This document shows, piece by piece, positions 1 through 10,088 of a DNA stretch of 64,000 nt. The DNA lies in the NCBI GenBank assembly GCA_963784685.1, contig CAWASF010000019.1, positions 730,933 through 794,932 of the forward strand, written 5' to 3'. Below the pieces are notes generated by a model. That model was not told the DNA's origin and did not search any database. It saw only the letters and a program-made list of their open reading frames with translations. Numbering within the stretch: position 1 is the stretch's first letter; each line of letters opens with the position of its first letter. The stretch comes from an uncultured Actinomycetota bacterium. Its GTDB lineage: Bacteria; Actinomycetota; Actinomycetes; Mycobacteriales; Mycobacteriaceae. The position numbers and the translations under genes were made by a program.

Positions 1-1
1 G

Positions 2-748
2 ACCGTCAAACGCGTCTTTTTGGAATTGGGCGGCAAGTCGGCCGTGATCATGCTCGACGACGCCGACTTCGCCAGCGCCAGCATGTTCGCGGCGTTCAGC
101 ATGGTCACCCACGCCGGCCAGGGCTGCGCTCTGACGTCCCGGCTGTTGGTGCCCAAGTCGCACCATGACGAAATCGTCGAGATGATCGCGCAGAACTTCG
201 CCAAGGTGCGCCACGGCGATCCGGCCCATCCGAAGACGTTGATGGGCCCGCTTATCAACGAGCGGCAGCGGGACAAGGTCGACGGCATGGTGCAGCGGGC
301 CGTCGCCGCGGGGGCGACCCTGGTCACCGGGGGCGAGCGCTTGGATCCCGGCTACTTCTATGCGCCGACGTTGCTCACCGGCGTCGACCCCGACAGTGAG
401 ATCGCCCAGGACGAGGTCTTCGGTCCGGTGCTGGTCGTCATCGCGTTCGACGATGACGACGACGCGGTGCGCATCGCCAACAACTCGATCTACGGGCTGG
501 CCGGCGCGGTGTTCAGTCGCGACCAGGACCGGGCGCTGGCGGTGGCGCGCCGGATCCGGACCGGATCGTTTTCCATCAACGGCGGCAACTACTTTGGTGC
601 GGACAGCCCCTTCGGGGGCTTCAAGCAGTCCGGCATCGGCCGCGAGATGGGTGTCGCCGGGCTCGAAGAGTTCTTGGAGCGCAAGACTTTTGCCATCCCG
701 GCTATCCCAGTTTTGCCGGCCAAGCCGGCGCAGGAAGGTGAGGCATGA
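2..748 (+). CDS. aldehyde dehydrogenase, C-terminal part (5' end lies left of the window)
   Basis: The frame is open from base 2. ALDH signatures are present: FLELGGKS, the catalytic-Cys region HAGQGCALTS, and PFGGFKQSGIGRE. The stop overlaps the next start (ATGA at 745-748). Confidence 0.9.
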   Translation, partial: TVKRVFLELGGKSAVIMLDDADFASASMFAAFSMVTHAGQGCALTSRLLVPKSHHDEIVEMIAQNFAKVRHGDPAHPKTLMGPLINERQRDKVDGMVQRAVAAGATLVTGGERLDPGYFYAPTLLTGVDPDSEIAQDEVFGPVLVVIAFDDDDDAVRIANNSIYGLAGAVFSRDQDRALAVARRIRTGSFSINGGNYFGADSPFGGFKQSGIGREMGVAGLEEFLERKTFAIPAIPVLPAKPAQEGEA

Positions 749-1950
749 CGCCGCTGGAGGGCATCCGGGTCCTGGAGGTCGCCATGTACGGTTTCGTCCC
801 GTCGGCGGGCGCCGTGCTGGCCGAATGGGGCGCCGACGTGGTCAAGGTCGAGCACGCCGTGACCGGCGACCCGCAACGCGGGCTCCGGCAGACCGGCATG
901 CTGCGCGTGGAAGGTGACCCGAACCCCAACATCGAACACGCCAACCGCGGCAAGCGCAGCATCGGACTGGACATGTCGGTGCCCGAGGGCAAGGAAGTGC
1001 TCTACGAGTTGGCCCGCCGGTCCGACGTGTTCCTCACGAGTTTCCTGCCCGATGCCCGGCAGAAGTTCGGCATCGATGTCGACGACATTCGAGCGGTGAA
1101 CCCGAAGATCATCTATGCCCGCGGAAGTGGGCTCGGACCGCGAGGCGCAGAGGCGACCAAAGGCGGCTACGACATGACCGCCTTCTGGTGCCGGGCCGGA
1201 ACGGCCGCCACCATCACTCCGGCGGGGATGCCGGGCATGATCGCGCCGCCCGGGCCGGCATACGGCGACACCATCTCCGGCACCAACCTCGCCGGTGGCA
1301 TCGCGGCGGCGCTGCTCAAGCGCGAACGCAGTGGCGAACCGTCGGTCGTCGATGTCTCGCTGCTCGGCAGCGGCCTGTGGGCGCTGGGACACACGGTGGC
1401 GTTGACCAAGCATCTGGGGCAGCGACTGCAAGCGCCCCCGCCCGGGGTGCACGGCGCGCCCAACAACCCATTGGTGGGGCTGTACACCACATCCGACGGC
1501 CGCTACATCTCTTTCGTGATGATGCAGCCCACCAAGTTCTGGGCTGACGTGTGCCGGCACGTCGACTTGCCAGAGCTGGCCGACGATCCGCGCTTCGCCA
1601 CCGTAGAGAAAATCGCCGCCAACACCGCGGAAGCCGTTGAGATCTTGACCAAGGTCATCGCAACCCGCACGCTGACCGAGTGGAGCGAACGCTTTGCGAC
1701 GCTTGCGGGGCCGTGGGCGCCGGTGCAGGACACGCTGCAAGCGGCAGACGACCCGCAGATCGGCGCGAACGAGTACCTGGTTCGCGCAGGCGAACTCGAC
1801 CTGGTGGCCAACCCGGTCCAGTTCGATGTGGCGGCGCCGCACACCGGGCCGGCGCCCGGTTTCGCCGAGCAGACCGACGAGATCCTCATGGAAATCGGGC
1901 TCGATTGGGACCGCATCATCGAACTCAAGACGGCCGGCGCCGTCACCTGA
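745..1950 (+). CDS. family III CoA-transferase (CaiB/BaiF-type)
   Basis: 401 aa. The N-terminus LEGIRVLEVAMYGFVPSAGAVLAEWGADVVKVEH is typical of family III CoA-transferases. The gene is translationally coupled to the upstream ALDH gene. Confidence 0.85.
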   Translation: MTPLEGIRVLEVAMYGFVPSAGAVLAEWGADVVKVEHAVTGDPQRGLRQTGMLRVEGDPNPNIEHANRGKRSIGLDMSVPEGKEVLYELARRSDVFLTSFLPDARQKFGIDVDDIRAVNPKIIYARGSGLGPRGAEATKGGYDMTAFWCRAGTAATITPAGMPGMIAPPGPAYGDTISGTNLAGGIAAALLKRERSGEPSVVDVSLLGSGLWALGHTVALTKHLGQRLQAPPPGVHGAPNNPLVGLYTTSDGRYISFVMMQPTKFWADVCRHVDLPELADDPRFATVEKIAANTAEAVEILTKVIATRTLTEWSERFATLAGPWAPVQDTLQAADDPQIGANEYLVRAGELDLVANPVQFDVAAPHTGPAPGFAEQTDEILMEIGLDWDRIIELKTAGAVT

Positions 1951-2325
1951 GTACGGACCGGAGCCGCCTATGACTGAGCCGACCGCCGCGCGTGGCCTGA
2001 CTTACCCGCGCTATCCGGGCCCTTACGCGATGAGCTGCCCGATAACGGTTCTGCATTTTTCACTCCACCCGGACGCGGCATGAGTCATAATCGCCGGGCG
2101 TCTCAAGACATGGGGCCGTATGTCGGCAACTTTGCTTGGGAGTGCCAACTCACGCAACAGAATGGAGGGGTGGCGTGAGGATGGTGGCGGTTGTCATGCC
2201 CGGAATGAATGCCGGAATGTGGCTCCCCGCTGTGCCTTTCGCCGCCCGCGCCAAGCAATTGCGGCGGCCGGCACAACCGATTTTTCAGACTACCAGTCTC
2301 GCGTCGCCGGAAGGGTTTTCGACCC

Positions 2326-3144
2326 ATGGCAGATAAGCGCGACGACCGCTGGTCACCGGGGTTGCCGGCGCTGAGACTGAAATGGGACTTCTCCGGCCCC
2401 ATGCAGGCGATCGGGGGTCTATTCGCGATGTCGGCCGACGCGATCAAGTTCGCGCTTCGCCGGCCGTTTTACTGGCGGGAGTTCCTGGAGCAGTCCTGGT
2501 TTGTCGCGCGAGTCTCGCTCGCCCCCACATTGTTGGTAGCCATCCCCTTCACGGTCCTGGTCAGCTTCACGCTGAACATCCTCTTGCGCGAATTGGGCGC
2601 GGCGGACCTGTCCGGTGCCGGCGCCGCGTTCGGTGCGGTCACCCAGGTCGGCCCCTTGGTCACGGTTTTGATCGTGGCGGGCGCGGGTGCCACGGCAATG
2701 TGCGCGGACCTCGGCTCGCGAACGATCCGCGAGGAAATCGACGCCATGGAGGTGCTGGGGATCAACCCGGTGCAACGCTTGGTCACGCCTCGCATGCTGG
2801 CTTCCGGGTTGGTGGCGATGCTGCTCAACAGCCTGGTGTGCATCATCGGCATTTTGGGCGGCTACACCTTCTCGGTGTTCGTGCAAGACGTGAATCCCGG
2901 CGCGTTCGCCGCGGGCATCACCTTGCTCACCGGGGTGCCCGAGGTGATCATTTCCTGTGTCAAGGCATTGCTTTTCGGCCTCATCGCCGGATTGGTCGCG
3001 TGCTACCGCGGCCTGATCATCAGCGGCGGGGGCGCCAAGGCCGTCGGCAACGCCGTCAACGAGACCGTGGTCTACGCCTTCATGTCCCTGTTCGTCGTCA
3101 ACGTGGTCGTCACCGCGATCGGCATCAAGATGACGGCGAAGTGA
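2326..3144 (+). CDS. yrbEA: YrbE-A / MlaE-type permease, first gene of the mce operon
   Basis: Multi-TM protein in the position and of the size of YrbEA. ATG 2326 was chosen inside ORF 2209-3144 because the upstream part is Cys/Arg-rich and non-membrane. The start is uncertain. Confidence 0.8.
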   Translation: MADKRDDRWSPGLPALRLKWDFSGPMQAIGGLFAMSADAIKFALRRPFYWREFLEQSWFVARVSLAPTLLVAIPFTVLVSFTLNILLRELGAADLSGAGAAFGAVTQVGPLVTVLIVAGAGATAMCADLGSRTIREEIDAMEVLGINPVQRLVTPRMLASGLVAMLLNSLVCIIGILGGYTFSVFVQDVNPGAFAAGITLLTGVPEVIISCVKALLFGLIAGLVACYRGLIISGGGAKAVGNAVNETVVYAFMSLFVVNVVVTAIGIKMTAK

Positions 3145-3157
3145 CGGGGCAGATGCG

Positions 3158-4003
3158 ATGACGCTGCGAGCCACCTACCCCAAGCTTTTCCGCCAACTCG
3201 AGCGGCCGGTCGGCACCCTCAACCGAATCGGCGACCACACCATTTTCTACGGGAAGGCGATCGCCGGGGCACCGTTCGCCGCGATTCATTACCGGCGCGA
3301 AGTCATTCGCCTGGTCGCCGAGATCAGTATGGGCGCAGGTACTTTGGCGATGATCGGTGGAACCGTCGTGATCGTCGGCTTCCTGACCTTGGCCGCGGGT
3401 GGCACGCTCGCCGTTCAGGGCTACAGCTCGCTGGGCAACATCGGCATCGAGGCGCTCACGGGATTCCTGGCCGCGTTCATCAACGTGCGCATCTCGGCTC
3501 CGGTGGTCGCCGGGATCGGTCTGGCGGCAACGTTCGGCGCCGGGGTGACCGCTCAGCTGGGTGCCATGCGGATCAACGAAGAGATCGACGCGCTGGAAAG
3601 CATGGCCATTCGGCCGATTTCGTATTTGGTGAGCACCAGAATCATCGCGGGGATGCTCGCGATCACGCCGTTGTACAGCATCGCCGTCATCCTGTCGTTC
3701 GTCGCCAGCCAGTTCACCACGACGTTCCTCTTCGGGCAGTCGAGCGGTTTGTACAACCACTACTTCGACACGTTTCTGAACCCCATCGACTTGTTGTGGT
3801 CTTTCCTGCAGGCCGTCCTGATGGCGCTCACCATCTTGCTGATACACACCTACTACGGCTATTTCGCTTCCGGCGGGCCATCCGGTGTCGGCAACGCGAC
3901 AGGGAACGCGGTGCGCACCTCGCTCATCGTCGTGGTGTCCGTAACGCTCCTGGTCTCGCTGTCCATCTATGGCAGCAACGGCAACTTCAACCTATCGGGA
4001 TAG
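3158..4003 (+). CDS. yrbEB: YrbE-B / MlaE-type permease
   Basis: 281 aa multi-TM paralog of the preceding gene, starting 13 nt after its stop. Confidence 0.9.
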   Translation: MTLRATYPKLFRQLERPVGTLNRIGDHTIFYGKAIAGAPFAAIHYRREVIRLVAEISMGAGTLAMIGGTVVIVGFLTLAAGGTLAVQGYSSLGNIGIEALTGFLAAFINVRISAPVVAGIGLAATFGAGVTAQLGAMRINEEIDALESMAIRPISYLVSTRIIAGMLAITPLYSIAVILSFVASQFTTTFLFGQSSGLYNHYFDTFLNPIDLLWSFLQAVLMALTILLIHTYYGYFASGGPSGVGNATGNAVRTSLIVVVSVTLLVSLSIYGSNGNFNLSG

Positions 4004-4023
4004 GAGAGGATGGGAACAGCGCA

Positions 4024-5301
4024 GTGACGAGAAATCTCGGGCCGGGTCCCATCCACCGGTCCGAAACCACCAGCGCCGCAGGGCCGATCGCCGCTCGGCC
4101 GGGGCATCACTTCGGCGCGGAATCCTACGCCCGGCCGCTGGCCGGCCTGGCGACCGTTGCGGTGATCGTCGCGATCTTCGCGGTGGCGATTGGTCTGTTC
4201 CAAGGGAGCTTCACCTCCAGCGTGCCCGTGACGGTATTGTCGCCGCGGGCGGGCCTGGTCATGAACCCGGACGCCAAAGTCAAGATGCGCGGCGTGCAGG
4301 TGGGCAAGGTCGCCTCGATCGAACCGCTGCCGAACGGCCAAGCGGCTCTTCACTTGGCGATGAACCCCTCGCAGTTGCAATTCATACCCAAAAACGTGCT
4401 CGTCGACATCACGTCATCGACGGTGTTCGGCGCCAAGTTCGTCGAACTGGTGGCGCCCGCCGAGCCTTCGGCGGAGCGGCTACACGGAGGCCAGACGCTG
4501 CAGGGCGAGCACGTCATGGTCGAGATCAACACGGTGTTTCAGCAACTGGTATCGGTGCTGGCCCAGATCGACCCGGCGAAGCTCAACGAGTCATTGGGCG
4601 CGCTGGCGAAAGCCTTCAGTGGTCGGGGCGCAAAGCTTGGCCAATCGCTGAGCGACTTGGATTCGTTTCTGGCCAAACTGGAGCCGAGCCTTCCGGCATT
4701 GAGCCATGACCTCGCGGTCCTGCCGGCGGTGGCCAACGCCTACGCCGACGCGGCGCCGGACCTGGTGAAGACCGTCGCCAACACGAATCGGATCAGCCAG
4801 ACGATCGTCGATGAGCAGCACAACCTGGATGCATTGCTGATCAGCGCGATCGGTTTGGGTGACATCGGCAACGACGTCTTGTCGACGAACCGCAAACCCC
4901 TTGCGAATGTTCTGCATCTGCTGGTGCCGACCACCGATCTGACCAACGAGTACCACGAGGCGCTCACCTGCAGTCTCGGTGGGCTCATACAGATCGGCCA
5001 CAATCCGCCGCTGTCGGAACCGAGCATCAACATCTCGGCGAGTCTTACCTGGGGCGGCGAACGTTATCGGTATCCGGTCAACTTGCCCAAAGTTGCGGCG
5101 ACGGGCGGCCCGCGGTGCATGGGGTTGCCGAAGCTGCCGTTCAATTCGAACCCGCAGCAACTGATTACAGACATCGGTGCCAACCCGGTGGTCTACGGAA
5201 ACCAGCAACTGCTGATCAACTCCGACCTCCTCAAGCAACTCTTGTACGGGCCGATCTACGGGCCGCCGCGCAACTCCGCTCAGGTCGGACAACCAGGATG
5301 A
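4024..5301 (+). CDS. mceA: Mce-family substrate-binding protein MceA
   Basis: GTG 4024 is preceded by GGAGAGGA. The protein has an N-terminal TM segment (LAGLATVAVIVAIFAVAIGLF) followed by an MlaD/Mce domain (VTVLSPRAGLVMNPDAKVKMRGVQVGKV). The ORF portion upstream of 4024 overlaps yrbEB and was ignored. Confidence 0.85.
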   Translation: MTRNLGPGPIHRSETTSAAGPIAARPGHHFGAESYARPLAGLATVAVIVAIFAVAIGLFQGSFTSSVPVTVLSPRAGLVMNPDAKVKMRGVQVGKVASIEPLPNGQAALHLAMNPSQLQFIPKNVLVDITSSTVFGAKFVELVAPAEPSAERLHGGQTLQGEHVMVEINTVFQQLVSVLAQIDPAKLNESLGALAKAFSGRGAKLGQSLSDLDSFLAKLEPSLPALSHDLAVLPAVANAYADAAPDLVKTVANTNRISQTIVDEQHNLDALLISAIGLGDIGNDVLSTNRKPLANVLHLLVPTTDLTNEYHEALTCSLGGLIQIGHNPPLSEPSINISASLTWGGERYRYPVNLPKVAATGGPRCMGLPKLPFNSNPQQLITDIGANPVVYGNQQLLINSDLLKQLLYGPIYGPPRNSAQVGQPG

Positions 5302-6320
5302 GGGCGCGTGCAACGCTGATCAAGTTCGCGATCTTCGCGGTCGTGATGGCGATGCTGACCGCCTTCCTGTTCTTCATCTTCGGCCAGTACCGGACGGGTT
5401 CGACGACCGGGTATTCGGCGGTGTTCGCCGACGTGTCGCGTCTCAAAACGGGTCAGTCGGTGCGGGTCGCCGGGATCAGGGTGGGCACGGTCAACGGCGT
5501 TTCGCTGCGGCCGGACAAAAAAGTTGTGGTGAGTTTCGACGCCGACCGCAACATCGTCCTCACAGAGGGCACCAGGGCGGCAGTCCGCTACCTCAATCTG
5601 GTGGGCGATCGCTATCTCGAACTCATCGATGGTCCCGGCTCGACCAAGGCCCTGCCGGCGGGCGGTCAGATTCCGATCGACCGCACCGCGCCGGCGCTTG
5701 ACCTCGACCTGCTGCTCGGCGGACTGAAACCCGTTATCCAGGGCCTCAATGCGAAAGATGTCAACGCGCTGACCGCGGCGTTGTTACAGGTCTTCCAGGG
5801 TCAGGGCGGGACTCTCGAGTCGCTGTTCGCCAAGTCGACGTCGTTCTCGAACGCCTTGGCCGACAACGATCAAACCGTGCAGCAACTGATCGACAACCTC
5901 AACATCGTGGTCGCCACGATCTCCAAGGACGGCACCAAGTTCTCCGGCGCGATCGATCGCCTCGAGCGGCTTGTCAGCGGCCTGTCGAACGACCGTGACA
6001 CCATTGGCGCCGCCATCGAGTCGCTGGACCAGGGGACCGCCTCGCTGGCGGATCTGCTGACCAGCGCGCGGCCGCCGCTGGCCGGCACGATAGATCAGCT
6101 GAGTCGACTTGCGCCGATACTCGATGCGGACAAGGACCGCCTCGACGCCGCAATCGGCAGGGCGCCGAAGAACTACCGCAAGCTGGTCCGACTCGGGGTG
6201 GCCGGCGCCACCATCCCGTACTACCTCTGCGAGTTGACCATCCGCGGCACGGATCTTCAGGGCAGGACGGTGCAAGCCCCCTGGTTCAGGTCAGACGCTG
6301 GAAGGTGCACGGAACCCTAA
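5298..6320 (+). CDS. mceB: Mce-family protein MceB
   Basis: ATGA overlap with mceA at 5298-5301. TM segment plus Mce domain (YSAVFADVSRLKTGQSVRVAGIRVGTV). Confidence 0.9.
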   Translation: MRARATLIKFAIFAVVMAMLTAFLFFIFGQYRTGSTTGYSAVFADVSRLKTGQSVRVAGIRVGTVNGVSLRPDKKVVVSFDADRNIVLTEGTRAAVRYLNLVGDRYLELIDGPGSTKALPAGGQIPIDRTAPALDLDLLLGGLKPVIQGLNAKDVNALTAALLQVFQGQGGTLESLFAKSTSFSNALADNDQTVQQLIDNLNIVVATISKDGTKFSGAIDRLERLVSGLSNDRDTIGAAIESLDQGTASLADLLTSARPPLAGTIDQLSRLAPILDADKDRLDAAIGRAPKNYRKLVRLGVAGATIPYYLCELTIRGTDLQGRTVQAPWFRSDAGRCTEP

Positions 6321-7438
6321 TGCTGAAGTATCACGGGCTTGGGCTGATCAAAGCCGGATTCGTCGGCGCGGTCTTGATCGCGCTGGTGATCCTCGTCGGC
6401 CTGTCGCCCGAGCGGTTGATCTCGTGGGCGACGATGGTCCGCTACCAGGCGGTGTTCTCGGAAGCGGGCGGCCTTGCGGTGGGCAACGCGGTGACGGTGT
6501 CGGGTATGAAGGTCGGCACGGTGTCGAACATGTCGCTGCAGAAGGGCGATGCCCTGGTGACTTTCACGATCAAGGGCAACATTCCGCTCGGGTCGGAGAC
6601 CTCCGCACACATCCGCACCGGCACGCTGCTGGGCGAGCGGATGCTGACGTTGGAGTCAGCCGGCAGCGGCACCATGCATCCGATGGCCGTCATCCCGATC
6701 TCGCGCACCTCCTCGCCCTACTCGTTGACGGAAGCGGTCAGCGACTTCACATCTGACGCCGCCGGAACCAGCACCGCGACGCTGAATCAGTCGTTGGACA
6801 CGCTGTCGGAGACGCTCAACCAGATCGCACCCCAATTGGGGCCGACCTTCGACGCGCTCACGCGGTTGTCACGAACCCTCAACGGCCGCAACAAGACCCT
6901 GGGCGACCTTTTCAAGAGCGCGAGCGACGTAACCGGGGTCCTATCCGAACGCAGCCAGCAGGTCAACAAGCTCATCCTCAACTCGGACGACCTGCTCCGG
7001 GTCCTGGTGGCGCGCCGACAAGAGATCGTGGACCTGCTGGCCAACACCTCGGCGGTGGCCAAGCAGCTCACGGGATTGGTGCACGACAACGAAAGCAAAT
7101 TGGCGCCGACGCTGGAAAAGCTGAATTCGGTGACCGCGATGCTGGAAAAGAACCGCGACAACATCTCCAAAGCGCTGCCGGGTCTCGCAAAATTCGAGAT
7201 CACGGTCGGTGAGGCTATCTCCAGCATGTACGCCTACTCGGCGTTCGTCCCGAACTTGCTTGTCCCGCAACTCTTCCAACCGTTCCTCGACTACCTCTGG
7301 GGATTCCGTGACTTCGACACGGCTCGCGGTCCCGGTTTCCCGTCGCCGGTTCCTCGGTCGCTGATCCCCTGGCCGTACAACGGTATTCCGGTGTGCCCTG
7401 GCTGTACGTTGGGCGGACGGATCGGAGGATCGCAATGA
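6320..7438 (+). CDS. mceC: Mce-family protein MceC
   Basis: TAATG overlap with mceB at 6318-6322. TM segment plus Mce domain (YQAVFSEAGGLAVGNAVTVSGMKVGTV). Confidence 0.9.
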   Translation: MLKYHGLGLIKAGFVGAVLIALVILVGLSPERLISWATMVRYQAVFSEAGGLAVGNAVTVSGMKVGTVSNMSLQKGDALVTFTIKGNIPLGSETSAHIRTGTLLGERMLTLESAGSGTMHPMAVIPISRTSSPYSLTEAVSDFTSDAAGTSTATLNQSLDTLSETLNQIAPQLGPTFDALTRLSRTLNGRNKTLGDLFKSASDVTGVLSERSQQVNKLILNSDDLLRVLVARRQEIVDLLANTSAVAKQLTGLVHDNESKLAPTLEKLNSVTAMLEKNRDNISKALPGLAKFEITVGEAISSMYAYSAFVPNLLVPQLFQPFLDYLWGFRDFDTARGPGFPSPVPRSLIPWPYNGIPVCPGCTLGGRIGGSQ

Positions 7439-8823
7439 TCCCGCGCAGCAGGCTGGCGGTGGTGGCGGCGGTTGTCCTGGTCGGCCTCATCGTTGCCGGC
7501 GCGGCCGTGATCATCCGCGATACGTTCTTCGGCCCCAAGACCATTACCGTGTATTTCACCACCACCACCGCGATCTACCCCGGTGACCAGGTGCGGGTCT
7601 CGGGGGTCAAAGTCGGCACCATCAAATCCATTCAGCCCGAGGGGACGCGCGCCAAGATGACCCTCGAGGTCGACCACGGCGTGCCCATTCCGGCGGATGC
7701 GAAAGCCGTCATCGTCGCCTCGAACCTGGTGGCTGCACGCTATGTCCAACTCACCCCGGCCTACCGGACCAGCGGTCCCGTCATGCCGGACGGCGCGGTG
7801 ATACCGGTCGAACGCACCGCGGTACCCGTCGAGTGGGACGAGGTCAAAACCCAGTTGATGCGGCTGGCAACGGATTTGGGACCCCAGAGTGGTGTGTCGA
7901 GTACGTCGGTGGGCCGGTTCATCGACAGCGCCGCCAATGCACTCGACGGCAACGGCGAAAAGCTGCGGCAGACGCTCGCTCAATTGTCGGGAGTGGGCCG
8001 GATCCTCGCCAACGGCAGCGGCAACATCGTCGACATCATCAAAAACCTGCAGACCTTCGTCACCGCGCTGCGCGACAGCAACACCCAGATAGTGCAGTTC
8101 AACGACCGCCTGGCCACGCTCACCAGCGTCGTCAACGACAGCAAGTCCGAGCTGGACGCGGCGCTGACCGATCTGTCGACGGCGGTCGGGGAGGTGCAGC
8201 GCTTCATCGCCGGCACCCGCAACCAGACCAGCGAGCAGATCGCTCGGTTGGCCGATGTCACGCAGATCCTGGTCGATCAGCACATGGCTCTGGAAAACAT
8301 CCTGCACACGTCGCCGAACGCGCTCGGCAACTTCTTCAACGACTACAACGCCGACACCGGAACGATCGTGGGTGGTTTCGGGATCATGGACTTCGCGAAT
8401 CCCACGGCCTCGGGCCTGCTTCTTCCGTTGCCCGTTCCGGGCTGCTCGCAAATCGGCTCCATCGAGAACGTCACCGCGGTCGAGACGGCCAAGCTGTGCT
8501 CCCTGTTCCTCGGTCCCGGGCTGCGGCTGCTCAACTTCAACAGTCTGCCGATACCCATCAACATATTCCTGCAGAAGTCGGTGGATCCTTCCAAGATCCT
8601 TTACAGCGAACCGCGCTTGGCGCCCGGTGGCGAGGGCCCGAAACCCGGACCACCCGAGATCCCGCCCGCGGTGTCGGCTTACACCGGCCTGCCAGGTGAT
8701 CCCGTCGGACCGCCGGGGTCGGTGCCGCCGGGGCGGATACCGGGCGCGGCGATGCCGCTGCCGCCCCCGCCGTCGACACCGATGGAACCGCCGCCACCGC
8801 CGCCGGCAGGACCGCAACCATGA
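7435..8823 (+). CDS. mceD: Mce-family protein MceD
   Basis: ATGA overlap at 7435-7438. TM segment plus Mce domain (ITVYFTTTTAIYPGDQVRVSGVKVGTI). Pro-rich C-terminal tail. Confidence 0.9.
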   Translation: MIPRSRLAVVAAVVLVGLIVAGAAVIIRDTFFGPKTITVYFTTTTAIYPGDQVRVSGVKVGTIKSIQPEGTRAKMTLEVDHGVPIPADAKAVIVASNLVAARYVQLTPAYRTSGPVMPDGAVIPVERTAVPVEWDEVKTQLMRLATDLGPQSGVSSTSVGRFIDSAANALDGNGEKLRQTLAQLSGVGRILANGSGNIVDIIKNLQTFVTALRDSNTQIVQFNDRLATLTSVVNDSKSELDAALTDLSTAVGEVQRFIAGTRNQTSEQIARLADVTQILVDQHMALENILHTSPNALGNFFNDYNADTGTIVGGFGIMDFANPTASGLLLPLPVPGCSQIGSIENVTAVETAKLCSLFLGPGLRLLNFNSLPIPINIFLQKSVDPSKILYSEPRLAPGGEGPKPGPPEIPPAVSAYTGLPGDPVGPPGSVPPGRIPGAAMPLPPPPSTPMEPPPPPPAGPQP

Positions 8824-10088
8824 TCGCCCGGGTGGTCGCGCGCCGGGGGTTCGCCATCTGCTGTTGCGTCATGTTGACGGTGACGGGATGCGCCTTCCAT
8901 GGCCTGAATTCATTACCGTTGCCCGGCGCGGTCGGACGTGGGCCGGGGGCCAATATCTACCACGTCGAGATCCCGAATGTCGGCACGATGGAGTCGAATT
9001 CTCCGGTGATGATCAACGACGTCGTGGTCGGCAGTGTCGGCACGATGAGGGTGCAAGGCTGGCACGCCGATGTCGAGATTTCGGTAAAGCGCGATGTCGT
9101 CATCCCGGCCAACGTGGTGGCCAGCGTTGGTCAGACCAGCCTGCTGGGGTCGATGCATCTGGCGCTCAATACGCCGCTCGGCCAACCGGGAACCGGACGG
9201 CTGCAGCCGGGCGCCACCATCCCGCTTAGCCGGTCATCGGCCTACCCGTCGACGGAGCAGACGCTGTCCTCGCTGGGGGCGGTCGTCAACGGCGGGGGAC
9301 TGGGACAGATCGGGGAGATCATCCACAATTTCACCGCCGCCCTCTCCGGACGCGAGGGTGCCGTGCGTGATCTGCTTACGAGACTCGACACGTTCGTCGG
9401 AACGCTTGACCAACAGCGCGACAACATCGTCGCCTCGATCGACGCGCTGAACCGGCTTTCCGCCACGTTCGCCGGACAACGCGACGTAATCACCCAGGCG
9501 CTGCGCAAGATACCGCCCGCGCTCGATGTGCTGCTCAGGGAGCGGCCTCGCCTGACGACCGCCCTGGACAAGCTGCGCGTATTCAGCAACACCGCCACCG
9601 CGCTGATCAACGAAAGCCAGGCCGACCTCGTCAAGAACCTCCAAAACCTGGAGCCCACCATCCGCGCGCTGGCCGACGTCGGACCGGAGCTCGGCACCGC
9701 GGTCGCGGCGGGGTTCGTGTTCCCGTTCACCCAGAACTTCGTCGACCGGGCGGTCCGGGGCGACTACTTCAACCTTCACGTCGATCTGGACCTGTCGATT
9801 CCCCGGCTCAAGCGGGGATTGCTGTTGGGGACCCACTGGGGCCAGCTGGACGAGCCATTGGTACCGGCGCCGGGGGGCCCGTATTACTTGAATTACACAC
9901 TCGATCCGTTGCATTCGCCCGTGAGGCCACCGTGGGTCAATGCTCCGGGACCGCTGCCCGGGCCGCCGCCGCCCGGGCCTCCGGCGTCTGCGCCATTGGC
10001 GCCTAGCGCGGGCCTCGGTCAAACATCCCCGCCCGCAACGGATCAGGGCGTCTCCCGCCCGGCGCCGCCGACGGAAGGCGGCGGATAG
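8820..10088 (+). CDS. mceE: Mce-family lipoprotein MceE (LprK/LprN-type)
   Basis: ATGA overlap at 8820-8823. Lipobox LTVTGC. Mce domain (YHVEIPNVGTMESNSPVMINDVVVGSV). Pro-rich tail. Confidence 0.9.
   Translation: MIARVVARRGFAICCCVMLTVTGCAFHGLNSLPLPGAVGRGPGANIYHVEIPNVGTMESNSPVMINDVVVGSVGTMRVQGWHADVEISVKRDVVIPANVVASVGQTSLLGSMHLALNTPLGQPGTGRLQPGATIPLSRSSAYPSTEQTLSSLGAVVNGGGLGQIGEIIHNFTAALSGREGAVRDLLTRLDTFVGTLDQQRDNIVASIDALNRLSATFAGQRDVITQALRKIPPALDVLLRERPRLTTALDKLRVFSNTATALINESQADLVKNLQNLEPTIRALADVGPELGTAVAAGFVFPFTQNFVDRAVRGDYFNLHVDLDLSIPRLKRGLLLGTHWGQLDEPLVPAPGGPYYLNYTLDPLHSPVRPPWVNAPGPLPGPPPPGPPASAPLAPSAGLGQTSPPATDQGVSRPAPPTEGGG

Noticed and set aside
589-1842. 417-aa ORF on the minus strand
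   Set aside because: It is antisense to the CoA-transferase gene, which has clear family signatures. The composition is Arg/Gly/Pro-rich, as is typical of non-coding frames in GC-rich DNA. No motifs.
1951-2325. Search for KstR/KstR2 or Mce-regulator operators upstream of the mce operon (and upstream of fadA)
   Set aside because: There is no TnnAACnnGTTnnA-type site. I found only a weak AGACT-ACC-AGTCT inverted repeat at about 2287-2299, which is not convincing.
7291-8817. 508-aa minus-strand ORF (and similar ORFs at 2419-3174, 3125-3847, 4591-5313, 9234-10022)
   Set aside because: All are antisense to the mce/yrbE genes, which have TM plus Mce-domain support and translational coupling. The composition is Arg/His/Asp-rich.
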